Assembly (NCBI RefSeq): GCF_009914755.1
Contig: NC_060930.1
Origin: the human T2T-CHM13v2.0 reference genome, Homo sapiens
DNA: 64,000 nt
Reading direction: 5' to 3' (one strand)
Below are positions 14,785 to 30,500 of the stretch, piece after piece; position 1 is the first letter of the stretch, and every line of letters starts with the position of its first letter. Made by a program: the position numbers and the translations under genes. The notes beneath the pieces were generated by a model. It saw only the letters and a list, made by a program, of their open reading frames with translations. It ran no database searches and was not told the origin of the DNA.

Positions 14785-15280
14785 ATTTTTAACACTTTCA
14801 CTGAGATATAAACATACCATAAAATTCACCCATTTAAAGTGTACAGTTTAGTAGGTTTCTGGACATTCACAGAGTTGTGAAACCATCACATTAATCTAAT
14901 TTTGAAATATTTCATCAACCCAAAAAGAAACTCTCTACCCATTAGCAGTTATTCCCCATTCTCACCCCCTCTCTCAGCATCTTCCCTGCCTCAGGCAACT
15001 TTCTGTCTCTATGAATTTGCATATTCTGGATATTTAATAATTGAATTATACAATATGTGGCCTTTGTATCTTTTCTCTTTTACTTAACATAATGTTTTTA
15101 CGGGTCATCCATGTTGTAACATGTTATCACTACATCATCCCTTTTTATGTCTAAATGATATTCCAGTGTATGAATATACCACATTTTACTTATAATAAAA
15201 TTCAGCTGATGGACCTTTGGATTGTTTTCCTCTTTTCAGTTACTATGAGCAATGCTGCTATGAACATTTGTATACGAGTT
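14785..15280 (-). mobile_element. L1MB 3' UTR fragment
   Basis: 'aaaattcacccatttaaagtgtaca', 'gctgctatgaacatttgtatac'. Confidence 0.8.
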
Positions 15281-15434
15281 TATTCCATCCTTTTTGAGGC
15301 CTAGCTCTGTAGCTGCTGGGATGGTAGGTCCATGTGTCTGTACTTCCTACTGCATTTTTACTGTAAATTCTCATCGTATGAAGTAATTTACGGGTATCCT
15401 TTATCTTTTGAACTTTAAAGAGTCACACTGGTGA

Positions 15435-15990
<556 letters not shown>

Positions 15991-16180
15991 TTTAAACCTG
16001 TAGTCTCATCCTTCCAGATACGGCAAAATAAGGCAGCAGAAAGAAAAATCTCATGAGATTTTTTCCTCAGTGTTCTGCCTAATTCATTCATGCATGATTC
16101 ACAATCACAGTCTACAACAAATTAAAAATCTATTCACTCTCAATTTACACATCTTATCCAGGATACGGCATAACTTAATA

Positions 16181-16332
16181 TTTATTTCCAAGCCTATATG
16201 TAACCACTGTACCTCAAGTATAGATGGGTTTCTAACATACATATTAACAGCTTATGTTTATTTCCAAGCCTATATGTAACCACTGTACCTCAAGTATAGA
16301 TGGGTTTCTAACATACATATTAACAGCTTATG
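16181..16332. repeat. Perfect tandem duplication, 2 x 76 bp
   Basis: 16181-16256 identical to 16257-16332. Confidence 0.95.
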
Positions 16333-16638
16333 TGCCAGTTTTGATAAAGGAAGCCATTAAAGTCAAACTGTTACCATATAAGCCAAAGCCCTCTACCTTG
16401 CATCACATATAAAAAGATATTCAGATTGACGGAATATGTATAAATATGAAAAAAGAAGAAAATCTAACATGTTAACTCTTTACTTTTAACTACTGTAATA
16501 TAGCTAAGCATCAAAAATAAATATTATTCCCAAAAAGCAACATGAATAGAGAAAAACAGGTGAATTATAGCTTAAGTATTATTTCATTGTAACTACAGTC
16601 CCCAAATATTCAGGCTGGTTGGAACAATGGTGGGTTTA

Positions 16639-16953
16639 CAATAGCCCCCCTTCATTCATGGGAAATACGTTTTGAGATCCCCCACACTCCATGGATGCCT
16701 GAAACTGGGTAGTACGGAATCCTAAACATACATTGTTTTTCCTATAAATACCCATAATAAAGTTCAATTTATAAATTGAGCACAGTAAGATATTAACAAC
16801 TAATAATATAATAGAACAATGATAACAATATTCAGAACAGTACATTATTTAAGAATTATTTCTGGAATTTTCTATTTAATATTTTTGGACCATAGTTGAC
16901 AGCAGGTAACTGAAACTGCAGAAAGCTAAACTGCAAATAAGAGGAGGACTACT
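16639..16953 (+). mobile_element. MER44 (Tigger7-derived) DNA transposon
   Basis: 'ggatgcctgaaac...ggtaactgaaactgcagaaagc..aaactgcaaataag..ggactact'. Confidence 0.8.
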
Positions 16954-17579
16954 ATATTTTCCTGCTCCTGGCACTGGCAATTCCAGAATTCCTATAAAAT
17001 TAAATCTCTGCATTCTCTGGAAGCTGTCCAAACTGAGAGAGAGGAAGTGTTGCTTTGTCAGACTGTTTGTAAACTTCCCATCAACCCTGGTACATAAAAT
17101 AAGCTAACTTCTAAGACCTTTTACAGTTCCCTATTCCCTTTAAAATTTGCTACAAAAGATTACTTTAAACCTACTTTTAAACATTTTCCCTACTGCTTGA
17201 TAACCTATTTCAACAGCCGTCCAACAAAATAAATGACAGGATAGAAGAGCAAATCTCTTTCTGCTATCTTACATTTATCTTTGACCACTAGACCTTTCCT
17301 GAAACCAACACATTTTAAATATTAAATTCTCTTACAGTGTGTTATATTTTGATTGCAATTTTAGTAATATTCCTACAAAAGACTTGGCAGATTATCATGT
17401 CACTATTTTTTATTGATGATTCTTCCAATATGCCAGTGCACTATGCTTTAGAAGAACCCAATGGAAAATAACCCATCTGAATTTATTAAATTTAGGAAGT
17501 GATTCTATTCTTAAAAAAATTTCCTTACTTTGCAAAATGATTCAACACTTGTTGTCCAGATTAGTGTTGGTCTAGAAAT

Positions 17580-17770
17580 AGAACACTAACAATAATAGAA
17601 ATGATCTAATTCAATCCTCATACAAGTACATAAAATGGTATTATTATCACCCCCTTTACAAAAAAGGAAACTAAGACAGAAGTCACATGATTTATCCAAC
17701 AGGACAAAAGTAGTAAGTGTTTGAATCTAGGTCTGTCTGAGTACACATCCTGAACTCTTACCAGTACAAA
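17580..17770 (-). mobile_element. MIR
   Basis: 'ggtattattatcacccctttaca..ggaaactaagacaga'. Confidence 0.65.
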
Positions 17771-18681
17771 TATTGCCTCCCATGAATAGACACTACTTGA
17801 ATAATAAAGGGATAAAGAAGGAGAGTAATCTTTTAAGAGTAAACATACACACAGACAAAATTAACAGTTATGACCTTGACATGCTTATTTCTTGCCCAAT
17901 TCTACTTAATTGCTTAGACTGCTTAGCACACAAATTGAGAAGGCAGTATCAAAGTTCTAAACTTGTGGGAAAAAACTGACTCCACACAAAGTTCTTTTCT
18001 TCTTGCTAATACTCCATATTACACGTTCAGATCTCCAACCAACATACTTAGTTTCCTGCAGTCTTATCTTCAAAAAGTGTTTTGAAATATGAATTAATGA
18101 AGCTCTTTCCTTCCCCAGCAGAACTGTTCTTTCAAATACAGAATATTCTGATGTGGGAGAGAATAGCCAAGCAAAACTGAACTTCTGATTATCTTTTACA
18201 TTATAATCATTGTAGAACTGAAAATAAACCATACCAGATACTTAGTTAAAATGCTAAGATTGATCCAGTCCTGCTTGATGGGAGGACAACAAATCTTCTG
18301 CCATTTCCCCAAAAATATAAAGCTTGACAAAACTGAAAAACAACAACAACTATTTCAGCACTCAGAAAACCAACCATAGGCTTACAAAAATCTGAGATGT
18401 GATTATTCATGGAACTACTGAATTTTGGGTAAAACAGCATGACTCTGTGGATATTTTTTCCGGAACATCTGACAACCCTCCAGATCTATTTATATGGTAG
18501 TTCAATCAGGAGAAAGCAGGAGGTGATAACTAAAAATTCTGCTCATGTTGCTAAAGAGGAGAAAACTTGATTTAGTATTGTCAGTTAAAGTGGCAATATT
18601 AGTGGCACATGAACAGGGAGTGCCAGCACCTCCACTCGCCTGAAGTAGTGAGCCTTCTTTTGGCAAGGAACAGATTAGCAG

Positions 18682-20635
18682 TGCATTAAACTGAAGATTT
18701 GGATCCCTGCAAAATTCTTTTGTTGAATTACAAACCCCCAATGTGATGTTATTAAGAGGTGGGGCCTTTGGGAGGTAATCTCATTAATAAAGTTTGTTCC
18801 TGTCTTTGTTGACTTCATGTTACTATAAAAGAATATCTGAGAATGAGTAATTTATAAAGAACAGAGATTTATTTCTTATGGTTTTGGAGGTTGGGAAGCC
18901 CAAGGTCAAGTGATTGGCATCTGGTAAGGGTTTTCTTGCTGCATCATCCTATGGCAAAAGGTGAAAGGGCAAGAGAGTGCAAGGAAACAAGCGAGGGCCG
19001 AACTCACTATTATAACACTCTCATGGTAACTAATCCACTCCAATAACAACATTAATCCATTCAGGGCGACAAAGCCCTCATGAACTGATCACCTCTTATT
19101 AGGCTCAACCTCGCAATACTGTTGCATTGGGAAAGAAGTCTCTAACACATGAACTTTTAGGGATACATTCAAATCACAGCATTCTGCCACTAGCCTTCAA
19201 AATTCAAGTCCTTCTCACAATGCAAAACACATTCATTCCATCCCAATAGCCCCAAAGTCTTAACTCATTCCAGCAGCAACTCAAAAGTCCAAAGCCTCAT
19301 CTCAGTCAGATATGGGTGAGACTCAAGGCATGATACATACTGAGGCAAATTCCTCTCCAGCTGTGAGCCTATGAAAACAACAAGTACTGCAAAAATAAAA
19401 TGAGGGTGAAGGCATAGGAGACATTCTCATTTCCAAAGAGAGAGACAGGAAAGAAGAAAGCAGTAAGTAGTCTCACATAGGTCTAAAACCCAACAGGGAA
19501 AACAACATTAAGTCTTAGTTCTGCCAGGATGGATTTGCATGCTGGTAGCTCGACAGCTCTGGATTCTCAAAGGCAGCCCCACTAAGAAGGCTTCACTAGG
19601 AATTACCCTATGGGGACTATCATCAGTGGCCTTGTTCCCATGGCTCCACTACGCACTGCCTTGGTGGAGACTCTCTGTGGCAGCTCTACCCCTACAGCAG
19701 GTTTTTTCTGGGACCTCCAGGGTGTCCACAACATCCACTGCAATCGGGTTAAGGATCACCTTGGCCCCAAATGTCTTGCATTCTGTGCACCTGCAGAATT
19801 AGCAAAGTTTACAGGTTGTACCTTCAGGAGTAGTGGCATAATCAGCACTTGAGCCTGCTTGAGCCATGGCTGAGGTGGACAAGAAACAATAAACCACAAA
19901 TAGATGAGTAGAGTGCCAAGGCAGCACAGGGCAGTGAAGGCTGAAGTCTCCCTGGCACCTTGCTAGAAACTTTGCCCTCAGAGTCTTAGCTTGCCTCAAA
20001 GGTCTCTAAAAGGCCTTTGGGGTCATCTTCCCATTGTTTTAACGAATAGTAACTGGCTCCCTTCTATATACAGTAATCTCTTTAGCAAACAGTTGCTTGG
20101 ACACACCCTTGGTTTACTCTCCTAAAGATGCCTTTTTCACTCTTTACATGGCCTGGCTGCAAATTTTCCAGATTTTTAGGTTCTATTTCTCTTTCAATTA
20201 TAAATTAAATTATTTATCTCTTCTCACATCTTACTATATGTGGTTAAAAGGCCATGTAGCACCTTCAATATTTTGCATAGAAATTTCTTCCACCACATAC
20301 CTAGTTCATCACTCTTAAATTCCGCCTCTTATGAAGCCCTAGGGCATGGACACAACTTAGCTAAGTCCTTTGCTAATTTATAACAAGGATAGTCTTTACA
20401 CGTACTAAAACCATAGCAGTGCCCTTATAAAAGAAACCACAGTTTTTGCCCATTCCACCATGTGAGGTTATACCAAACTTTGGCAGTCTGTAATCCAAGA
20501 GGGCCTTCACCAGAAACAACAATGCTGGCACCCTGATCTCATACTTCTAACTTCCGGAACTATGAGAAATTGCATTCTGTTATTAAAAAGCCATCCAGTC
20601 CATGATACTTTGATATAATGGCCTGAACTCAGACA
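18682..20635 (+). mobile_element. MLT1A LTR split by an MST insertion (pieces ~18682-18790 and ~20410-20635)
   Basis: 'aggtggggcctttgggaggtaat' and 'ccaccatgtgagg..gctggcaccctgatctc'; TSD agcag/ggcag. Confidence 0.75.
18795..20400 (-). mobile_element. MST MaLR LTR (~18795-19180) plus internal region, second LTR missing
   Basis: 'gtaatttataaagaacagagatttatttc', then MST-int 'tcaactcaaaagtccaaag'-like and 'gagactctctgtgg' motifs. Confidence 0.8.
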
Positions 20636-20639
20636 GGCA

Positions 20640-23600
20640 GACAAGCCAGGGATTTAGCAGGTAATTCTGGGAGGTGATTCATCCATATGGGGATCAATGT
20701 GATCGCTAATTATCCTGCATTGACTGAGGTTGATAATATACACAGCAGAGATCAAAGTGAGTTATCAGCCACCCATACTTCCTTAGCCAACAGAAGTGAG
20801 CTCACTCACAGAAGACACACCAGTGAATCCAGTGGAAAATAAGAGCCATGAAAAACTTAACAGCCTGAACAATGAATGTACCCTCCATGATCAAACACAG
20901 ATCCATAAGCAGAAAGAAGAAGCATTGATTCAAACTATTTGAGCACAATCTCTGAACTGACTAAACACAAGGCTGTAAGAAACAGAAGAAAAACCCAGAA
21001 AGTCAAGCCTAAAATAAAACAATTTAAAAAATAAAACAGAGACATCAGTGGCTACATGTTTGGGTGACAGACTTAGTCTAGACAATTACCAAACACACAA
21101 ACAAAAATCAACAATAACAATAACCCCAAAGGAAGAAAAAAGTAAAAAACTGTAATTGCTTGCTACAAAATACTATCTTAGTCCAGTGTTCAAACAAAAA
21201 ATTATAAGATATAACAAACAAGAAAGCAACTTATTGACCTGGGAAAAAGGGAGTCAATCGAAATACAAGTCAAGCAGTCATTATAAATATTTCAAAGAGC
21301 TAAAGAAATTCAAGTTTAAAAAAACTAAAGGAAAGTATAACAACAATAATCCACTAAATGAAATATCAACAGAGACATTATTTAAAAAAAAAAACAGAAA
21401 TTCTGGAGTTGAAAAGTACAGTAACTGAAATGAATAATTCACTAGAGGGGCTCAATAGCAGAACTGAGCTGTCAAAATAATCAGTGAACTTGAACACAGA
21501 TGTATAGAAAGTATCAATTCTGAAGAGGACAAAATGAGTAAAAAAGAAATGACATACCCTCACAGAACATAAGTGTTCTGGACACACAAGTGTACCAATG
21601 TGCATATAACAGAGTCTCAGAAGGAGAAGAAAAAAAGAGGACAAAAATATTTACAGAAATATGGCCAAAAAATTCCAAATGTAATGAAAAACATTAATCT
21701 ACACATCCAGTCTCAGCAAACTCCAGATAAGATAAATTCAAAGAGACTCATGCCAAAAGAGAGATTATTGACAGAAGCATAAGATAAGTGACTCATTCCA
21801 TACAAGGGAATTACAACTGGATTAACAGCTGATTTCTCATTTTTTAAAAAGTGAAGACAAGAAGCAATGGAATATGTTAGAAGGGCTAAAAGAAATGTCA
21901 ACTAAGAATCCTAAATCCAGCAAAACTATTTTTTAAAAATAAAGGAGAAACAAAGACATTCACAGATTAAAAGAAAAGAAAAAGCCTGAGAGAATGTGTT
22001 GCTAGAGGACCTACCTTGTAAGAAATACTAAGACAAGTCCTTCATTTTGAAAGGAAATGACATTATGTGATAACTCAAATCAATCAAGCAAAAAGAAAAA
22101 AAGAAGAACACTCAAAAAGTTAAATATGGGGGTAAACATAAAAGACTCTCTAAAGACACTTTTTCACATTTCTTCCCTTAGTTTCTTTTAAAGACATATT
22201 ATAAAAAGCAACAATTACAACAACGTACACCAGGTTTAAATATACCATATGTCTATGTATACCAACATATACCAATGTAATCTATATGACCATAACAGAA
22301 CAAAAAAGAGAAGGAGAATATATATTAGAATAATATTTCAATATTTTACCACAATTAAGGTATTATTCTGCAGCAGATTATAACAAAGTTGCAAATTTTA
22401 ATTCCTAGAACCACAAAGAAATAATAATAATGAATGAACAGAGAAATATAAATTGTAAACTAAAAAATATTTATTTAACAGAAAGGCAATAAAGTAGAAA
22501 CCAAGAAATAAAGATATAAGATTGAGAATAAACAGCAAAAAAGGCAGTTATAAATTCAACCATGACAATAATCATATTACATGCAAATATACTAAACACC
22601 CAACTTATAAAGCACCTGCAATAAGTGACAAAATTGACAAATTGAACTTAATTAAAATGAAAAACTTTTTCATTTCAAAAAAACAATATTAAGCTAATGA
22701 AAGGACATGCCAAAAAGAGGGAGAAATTACTTGAATATCATATATCTGAAGGACTTGTACTCAGAATATAAAAAGAACACATAAAGCTCAATAAGAAGAT
22801 AACCCAATTTTTAAATTGTAAGATTTGAATACATGTTTCTCCAAAGAAGATATACAAATGGACAATAAAATAATAAAAAGATGCTCAACAGTATTAGTCA
22901 TTAAGAACATGCAAATCAAACACACAATGAGATATATTTCATACCAACTAGGATGACAATAATCAAAAAGATAATAAGAAGTGCTAGGGAGGATGTGGAA
23001 AAATCAAAATCCTCATATATTGCTACTGAGAATGTAAAATGATATAGCTATTTTGGAGAACAGTTGGACATTTTCTTAATATGTTAAACACGAACTTCTC
23101 ATATAACCCACTCCTAGCAATTCCACTCCCAGCAATCCATCCAAGAGAACAGAGAACATATGTCCAAAGATTTGAATGCAGATTTTCACAGCTACATTAC
23201 TCATAAGGCAGAAAAGCAAACAATACTCAAATGTCCATCAACTGGTGAATGCGATAAAAAAAATATGGCACGTCCATACAATGGAATATTTTTTAGCAGC
23301 AAAACTCAAGGAAATACTGATACAACATGAATGTCCCTCAAAAACATTATGCAATATAAAAGAGGCCAGATGGAAAATACTCTGTGTGTGTGTGTGTCTG
23401 TGTGTGTGTGATTTCATTTATATGAAATGCCCAGAAGAGGCAAATATATGAAGACAGAAAGCCAATCAAGAGGAGTAGTTATAAGAATAGAGACTGGGTA
23501 CAAATAGGATCAAAAGAATTTTAGGGGGAGGTGAGTAATGTTTTACAACTGAATCACAGTTATGGTTACACAACTCTATAAATTTACTAAAAATCATTCA

Positions 23601-23658
23601 ACACTTATGACAGTGAATTTTACACTATTTAAATTATACCTCAATAAATCTGAAAAAA
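20640..23658 (+). mobile_element. Old L1M element (ORF1 remnant, large ORF2 deletion, 3' UTR); 5' part probably ~18270-18680
   Basis: ORF1-like 21300-22100, ORF2 3' end 22620-23300, terminal 'aaattatacctcaataaa'. Confidence 0.75.
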
Positions 23659-25834
23659 GCTAAGTAAATGATAATGACAATAATGCACTTGTATTATTAC
23701 TGCAACACTGACTTCAAGTCTAGTGTCAGAGAATAGCATCAAATCCCCTAGTGACTGACATGTTTGGTGGCACTGCTGTCATCTTAAATTGTAGAAGAAA
23801 AAAATTCCTAGCTACCTCAAGCATATAAATGCAGTGCCTATTAAAAGTCTACCCCCCTTTTAAGTCACACTGTCATTAAATCTGCAGCCTATCCTTCCTA
23901 TGAAGGTCACTATTTTTATATTATTTTCATAAATTAAAATCAAAGCTAAAGTTTTATGACTTAAAAAGATACTCAGGTAAATGATACTTAAAAATATAAT
24001 TGGCAATAAAAACAAAATGAAAATTTTTCTAATTTCATAAAACAACCTCTATTATATTTTACAAACAATTATTGTGTGCTAAAAATTCTAGTGACGCATC
24101 AGGTCACATTCTGTTTAAAAAATATATTTTCTTGACAGAGGTAGGGGAAGATGGCAGAGAGGAGACAGGGCTAACAAGCAGCTCCCACTTGGATAGACAG
24201 AACAGCACATGGAGACTCACACCATGAGCTTTTGCTCCAAGAAGCACTGCAGCAACATACCAGAAAAACTGAAAGAATTCACAGATCCTTTGAAACAAAT
24301 GGCACACTGCTGCAGATTCCACGAGACAGGAGAAAAACTGTGAGTTCCCAAAGTGTGAGAGGGGGAAAACCTGCCTCTGAACACATATCCCCACTGAAGA
24401 ATGTGAAACTCCAGGTAACAGGAGAAGGATTTACCTTACGTAAAGCTGAAATGTATTAGGGAGCCACACGAAATATAAAAGCAGAAGAAGCAGCAGGAAG
24501 AGTCTTGCAGGCACTCCCAGTCTATAACATGAGCACAGGGAAGCCCACCTTCATATATCTCACAGGGGCCCTTAGGGAAAGCAGACAGCGTACTTAGGGA
24601 GGCGGTCACAGGGTGAACAAAGCTTCCCACTGAAATTTGTAATAATTTTGACTGGGCACAAATTTACCTCAGCAGAATTCAGGGGGCAAACGGGAACTGC
24701 TACAGACACAAGCACAGGAGCTGCTGCCAACAATGTGGGCAGACAGGGAGGGTTGAGGCCTGAAAGCCATGCTTGCTTTATCAGACTGGGGCAAGGTCTG
24801 AGCGGGGTACTATGGGAACAAGACCAGCCTCCGGAACTGCATGGGAGCTGGGTGAGGCCTTTCACTACTGATTATCCCCCACTTCACTGGTGAACTATAT
24901 GATACAGCAGAAGCAGCCCTAATCCCCTATGGAAAATAACCCCACTGGCCTGCAAACCACCCCCTCCCCATCCTCCACAGCGGCCATGGCAAGCTCCAAC
25001 CAACAAGAGTCCGAGGCCAGACCCACCTAAGCACGCCCCTACCTGATGGTATTTCTTTACCCACACCAGTAGCCAAACACAAGAGATGTAACTTTTGGGA
25101 GCTTTATGGCCCCATCACCTGAGAAGCCAGAATACTTAGCATATTTACCTTGGCCAACTTAGAGCAAGCTTAGATCCCCCTACTACTGCTACAGCTGGCA
25201 CTTTCTTCAAAGCACCACCCAACTCAGGCAATTACATCAACTCATGACAGAATAACCCTGCTCCCAAGAATGAGAAAACAACAGCTAATTTCACCGTCTG
25301 CAATACCCTGCCTAACCAAAGGTCCTGAGTCTGTCCACAGAACAACTTCATTGCTAGCATAATCAGCATTCAAAAAAGCCAGTGCACTAAACATATCTAT
25401 AACCAAGGACTCTCACATAGTGTAAATCACTCCCCTGCCACCTCCAGCACAGCAGGTTGCTGGTACCCATGGCTGGGAGACCTGAAGACGGATAACATCA
25501 CAGAACTCTCTGCAGACATTCCCCAGCACCAGCCCAGAGCCTGGTAGCCCCACTGGGTGGCTAGACCCAGAAGAGCAGTAACAGTCGCTACAGTCTGACT
25601 CTCAGGAAGCCCCATTCCTAGGAAAAAGGGGAGAGCACAACATCAAGGGGTCACCAAGTGGGACAAAAGAATGTGAACAGCACGCCTTGAGTTCCAAGCT
25701 TTTCCACTGAAAGAGTCCAGAAAAGTAATTCTGGTAATATGACAAAACAGCATTCTATAAGATCATAATGTTCACCAGCAATGGATCTAAACCAAGAAGA
25801 AATCTCTGCATTGCCACATAAAGAATTCAGAAGA

Positions 25835-26146
25835 GGCCGGGTACAGTGGCTCATGCCTGTAATCCCAGCACTTTAGGAGGCCAAGGCGGGTGGATCACCT
25901 GAGGTCAGGAGATTGAGACCAGCCTGGCCAACATGGTAGAACTCCATCTCTACTAAAATTATAAAAATTAGCCAGGTGTTGTGGCACATGCCTGTAATCC
26001 CAGCTACTCAGGAGGCTGAGACAGGAGAATCACTTGAACCCGGGAGGCGAAGGTTGCAGTGAGCTGGGTTGTGCCACTGCACTCCAGCCTGGGAGACAGA
26101 GCAAGACTCCATCTCAAAAAAAAAAAAAAAAAAAAAAAAAAAGAAA
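25835..26146 (+). mobile_element. AluSx inside L1PB ORF1
   Basis: TSD aaagaattcagaag. Confidence 0.95.
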
Positions 26147-27235
26147 AGAATTCAGAAGGTTGATTATTAAGCTACTCAAGGAGACACCAAAGAAAGGTGA
26201 AAAGCAACTTAAATAAATTTTTTTTAAAAGTACAGCATATAGATGAAAAATGATCCAGAGAAATAGGTACAGAAAAGAAAAAAAATCATTAAAATGAAGA
26301 CTTCTGGAAATGAAAGACACACTTAGAGAAACACAAAATCTACTAGAAAGTTTCAAAAATAGACTAGAACAAGTAGAAGAAAGAACTTCAGAGCATGAAG
26401 ACAAGGCTTTAAATTAACCCAAAAGACAAAGACAAAAAAAAATTTTAAGTGCAGACAGCCTCCAAGAAATTTGAGATTATGTAATAACAAGTCGTGAGAT
26501 TAAAACAGTAATAAAAAATTGCCAACAAAAACAAGTCCAGGAGCAGATGGATTCACAGATGAATTGGTGTTCCTGAGGAAGAAGAGAAATCTAAAGTGTG
26601 GAAAACTTATTTGAGGAAAACTTCGCTAGTCTAGCTAGAGATCTAGACATTCAAATACAATAAACTCAAAGAACACATGGGAAATTCATCACAAAAAGAT
26701 CATTGCCTAAGCACATAGTCATCAGGTTATCTAAAGTCAAGACAAAGGAAAGAATCTTAAGATCTGTGAGACAAAAGCATCAGGTAACCTATAAGGGAAA
26801 TTTCCCCTGTAAGATTAACAGCAGATTTCTCACCAGAAACCTTACAAGCCAGAAAAGACTGAGGTCCTATCTTTAGCCTCTTGAAACAAAGTAATTATCA
26901 GCCAAGCATTTTGTATCCAGGAAAACTAAGCTTCATAAACGAGAGAAAGATAAAGTCTTTTTCAGGCAAACAAATGCTGAGAGAATACATTACTACCAAG
27001 CCAGCACTACAAGAAATGCTAAAAGAAGTTCTAAATCTTGAAACAAAACCTTGCAATACACCAAAAAAGAACCTCCTTAAAGCATGAATCTCACAGAGCC
27101 TATAAAATAACACAATGAAAAGAAAAACAAGGTATTTAGGTAACAACTACCATGATAACTACAACAGTACATCACATCTCAATACTAACATTGAATATAA
27201 AGGGCCTAAATGCTCCACTTAAAATATGCAGAATT

Positions 27236-27554
<319 letters not shown>

Positions 27555-30500
27555 CAGAATGGCAGAATGCATAAAAATCCACTAACCAAGTATCTACTGT
27601 CTTCAAGAGACTCACTAACACATAAGGACTCACATAAGGTAAAGGAGTGGAAAGATATTTCACGCAAATGGAAACTAAAAGCGAGCAGGAATAGCTATTC
27701 TTGTATCAGACAAAACAGATTTTAAAGCAACGACAATTAAAAAAAAAGACAAAGAGGGACATTACATAATAAAAGAGTAAGTCCAACAAGAAAATAGCAC
27801 AATTCTAAATATATATGGACCTAACACTGGAGCTCCCAAGTTTATAAAACAATTACTACTAGACCTAAGAAATGAGATAGACAGCAACACAATAATAGTG
27901 GGGGACTTCAATACTCCACTGACAGCACTAGACAGGTCATCAAGACAGCAAATCGACATAGAAACAACGAACTTAAACTACACCTTAGAATGGAACCAAC
28001 ATATTTACAGAAAATTCTACCCAACAACTGCAGAATATACATTCTTTTCATCAGCACATGGAACGTTCTGCAAGAGAGACCATATGATAGGCCACAAAAC
28101 AAGTCTCAATAAATACAACAAAATCAAAAGTATATCAAGTATCCTCTCAGACTACAGTGGAATAAAACTAGAAATTAACTCCAAAAGGAACCTTTGAAAC
28201 AATACAAATATATAGAAATTAAATAATCTGCTTTTGAATGATCTTTGGGTCAAAAATGAAATCAAGATAAAAAAATTAAAAATTCTTTGAACTGAATAAC
28301 AGTGACAAAACTCATCAAAATCTGGGATACAGCAAAAGTAGTGCTAAGAGGAAAGTTCATAGTATTAAATGCCTACATCAAATAGTCTGAAAGAGCACAA
28401 ATAGACAATCTAAGGTCACACCTCAAGGAACTGGAGAAACAAGAACAAACCAAACCCAAAGCCAGCAGAAGAAAATAAATAACAAAGATCAGAGCAGAAC
28501 TAAATGAAATTGAAACAAAAAAATGCAAAATAAAGTGAAACATAAAGCTGGTTCTTTGAAAAGATAAACAAAATAGATACACCAGTAAAAGATTAACCAA
28601 GAAAAGAAGAGAGAAGATCCAAATAAGCTCAATTAGAAACAAAATGGGTGATATTACAACTGATACCACAGAAATACAAAAGATCATTCAAGGTTACTAT
28701 GAACACCTTTATATACACGAACTAGAAAATCTAGAGAGACGGAAAAATTTCTAGAAATTTACAACTGTCCCAGATTGAATCAGGAAGAAACAGAAACTCT
28801 GAACAGACAAATAACAAGCAGTGAGATTAAAACAGTAATAAAAAAATTGCCAACAAAAAATAAGTCCAGGAGCAGATGGATTCACAGCTGAATTCTATCA
28901 GCCATTCAAAGAAGAACTGACGCCACTTAGTGAAACTATTCCAAAAGATAGAAAAAGAAGAAATCCTCCTTAAATAATTATCTGAAGCCTGTATCACCCT
29001 AATACCAAAACCAGAAAAGGACATAACAAGAAAAGTGAACTAAAGAACATGTTCCTGATGGACGTAGATGCAAAGATCCTTAACAAAATACTAGCTAACT
29101 GAATCCAACAGCATATAAAAAAGATAATATATCACGATCAAGTGGGTTTCAATAAATGTGATATATCACATAAACAGAATTTAAAACAACAGTCATATGA
29201 TCATCTCAACAAATGCAGAAAACACATTTGACAAGTCCAGCATCCCTTTATGATGAAAACCCTCAGCAAAACTGACATAGAGGTGACACACTTCAAGGAA
29301 ATAAAACCCATCTATGACAAATGTACAGCCAATATTATACTGAACAGGGAAAATTGGAAAGAATTATCCCGAGAAATGGAACAAGACAAGGATGCCCACT
29401 TTGACCACTCCTAGTCAACATAGTGCTGGAAGTCCTAGCCAGAGCAATCAGACAAAAACGAAAGAAATAAGGGGCATCTGAATTGGTAAAGAGGAAGTCA
29501 AACTCTCACCATTCACTGATAATATGATCATATACCTAGAAAACCCTAAAGACTCATCCAAAAAGCTCCTAGATTTGATAAATGAATTCATTTGATAAAT
29601 GAATTCAGTAGTTTCAGGATACAAAACGAATGTACACAAAGCAGTAGCACTGCTACACACTAACAACGACGAAGCTGAGAATCAAATCAAGAACTCAAAT
29701 ACTTTGACAACAGCTGCAAAATAAATAAAATACTTAGGAATATACCTAACCAAGGAGGTGAAAGATCTCTAGAAGGAAAACTACAAAACACTGCTGAAAT
29801 AAATCACCAATGACACAAATAGAAACACATCCCATGCTCATGGATGGGGAGAATTCATATTGTGAACATGAGCATACTGCCAAAAGCAATCTACAAATTC
29901 AATGCAATTCTCATCAAAATACCAACATCATTTTTCACAGATCTAGAAAAAACAATCCTAAAATTCATAGGGGACCAATAAAGATCCTACATAGCCAAAA
30001 AAAGACTAAGCAAAAAGAACAAATCTAGAGGCATCATATTACCTGACTTCAAATTATACTACAAAGCTATAGTTACCGAAACAACATGGTACTGCTATAA
30101 AAATAGGCACATAGAGCAATAGAACAGAACAGAGAACTCAGAAATAAAGCCAAATATTTAGAGCCAACTGATCTTCGACAATACAAACAAAAACATAAAG
30201 TGAGGAAAGGACACCCTATTCAACAAATGGTGCTGGGATAACTGGCAAGCTACATGTAGAAGACTGAAGCTGGATCTTCATCTTTCACCTTATACAAAAA
30301 TCAACTCAAGATGGATCAAAGACTTAAATCTAAGACCTGAAAACATAAGGATTCCAGAAAATAACATTAGACAAAGTCTTCTAGACATTGGCTTAGGGAA
30401 AGAGTTAATGACCAAAAACCCAAAAGCAAATGCAACAAAAATAAAGATAAATAGATGGGACTTAATTAAACCAAAAAGTTTCTGTACAGCAAAAGAAATA

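Noticed and set aside
17040-17075. ETS (gaggaagtg) and forkhead-like motifs as an enhancer
   Set aside because: Short motifs occur by chance; no chromatin evidence available
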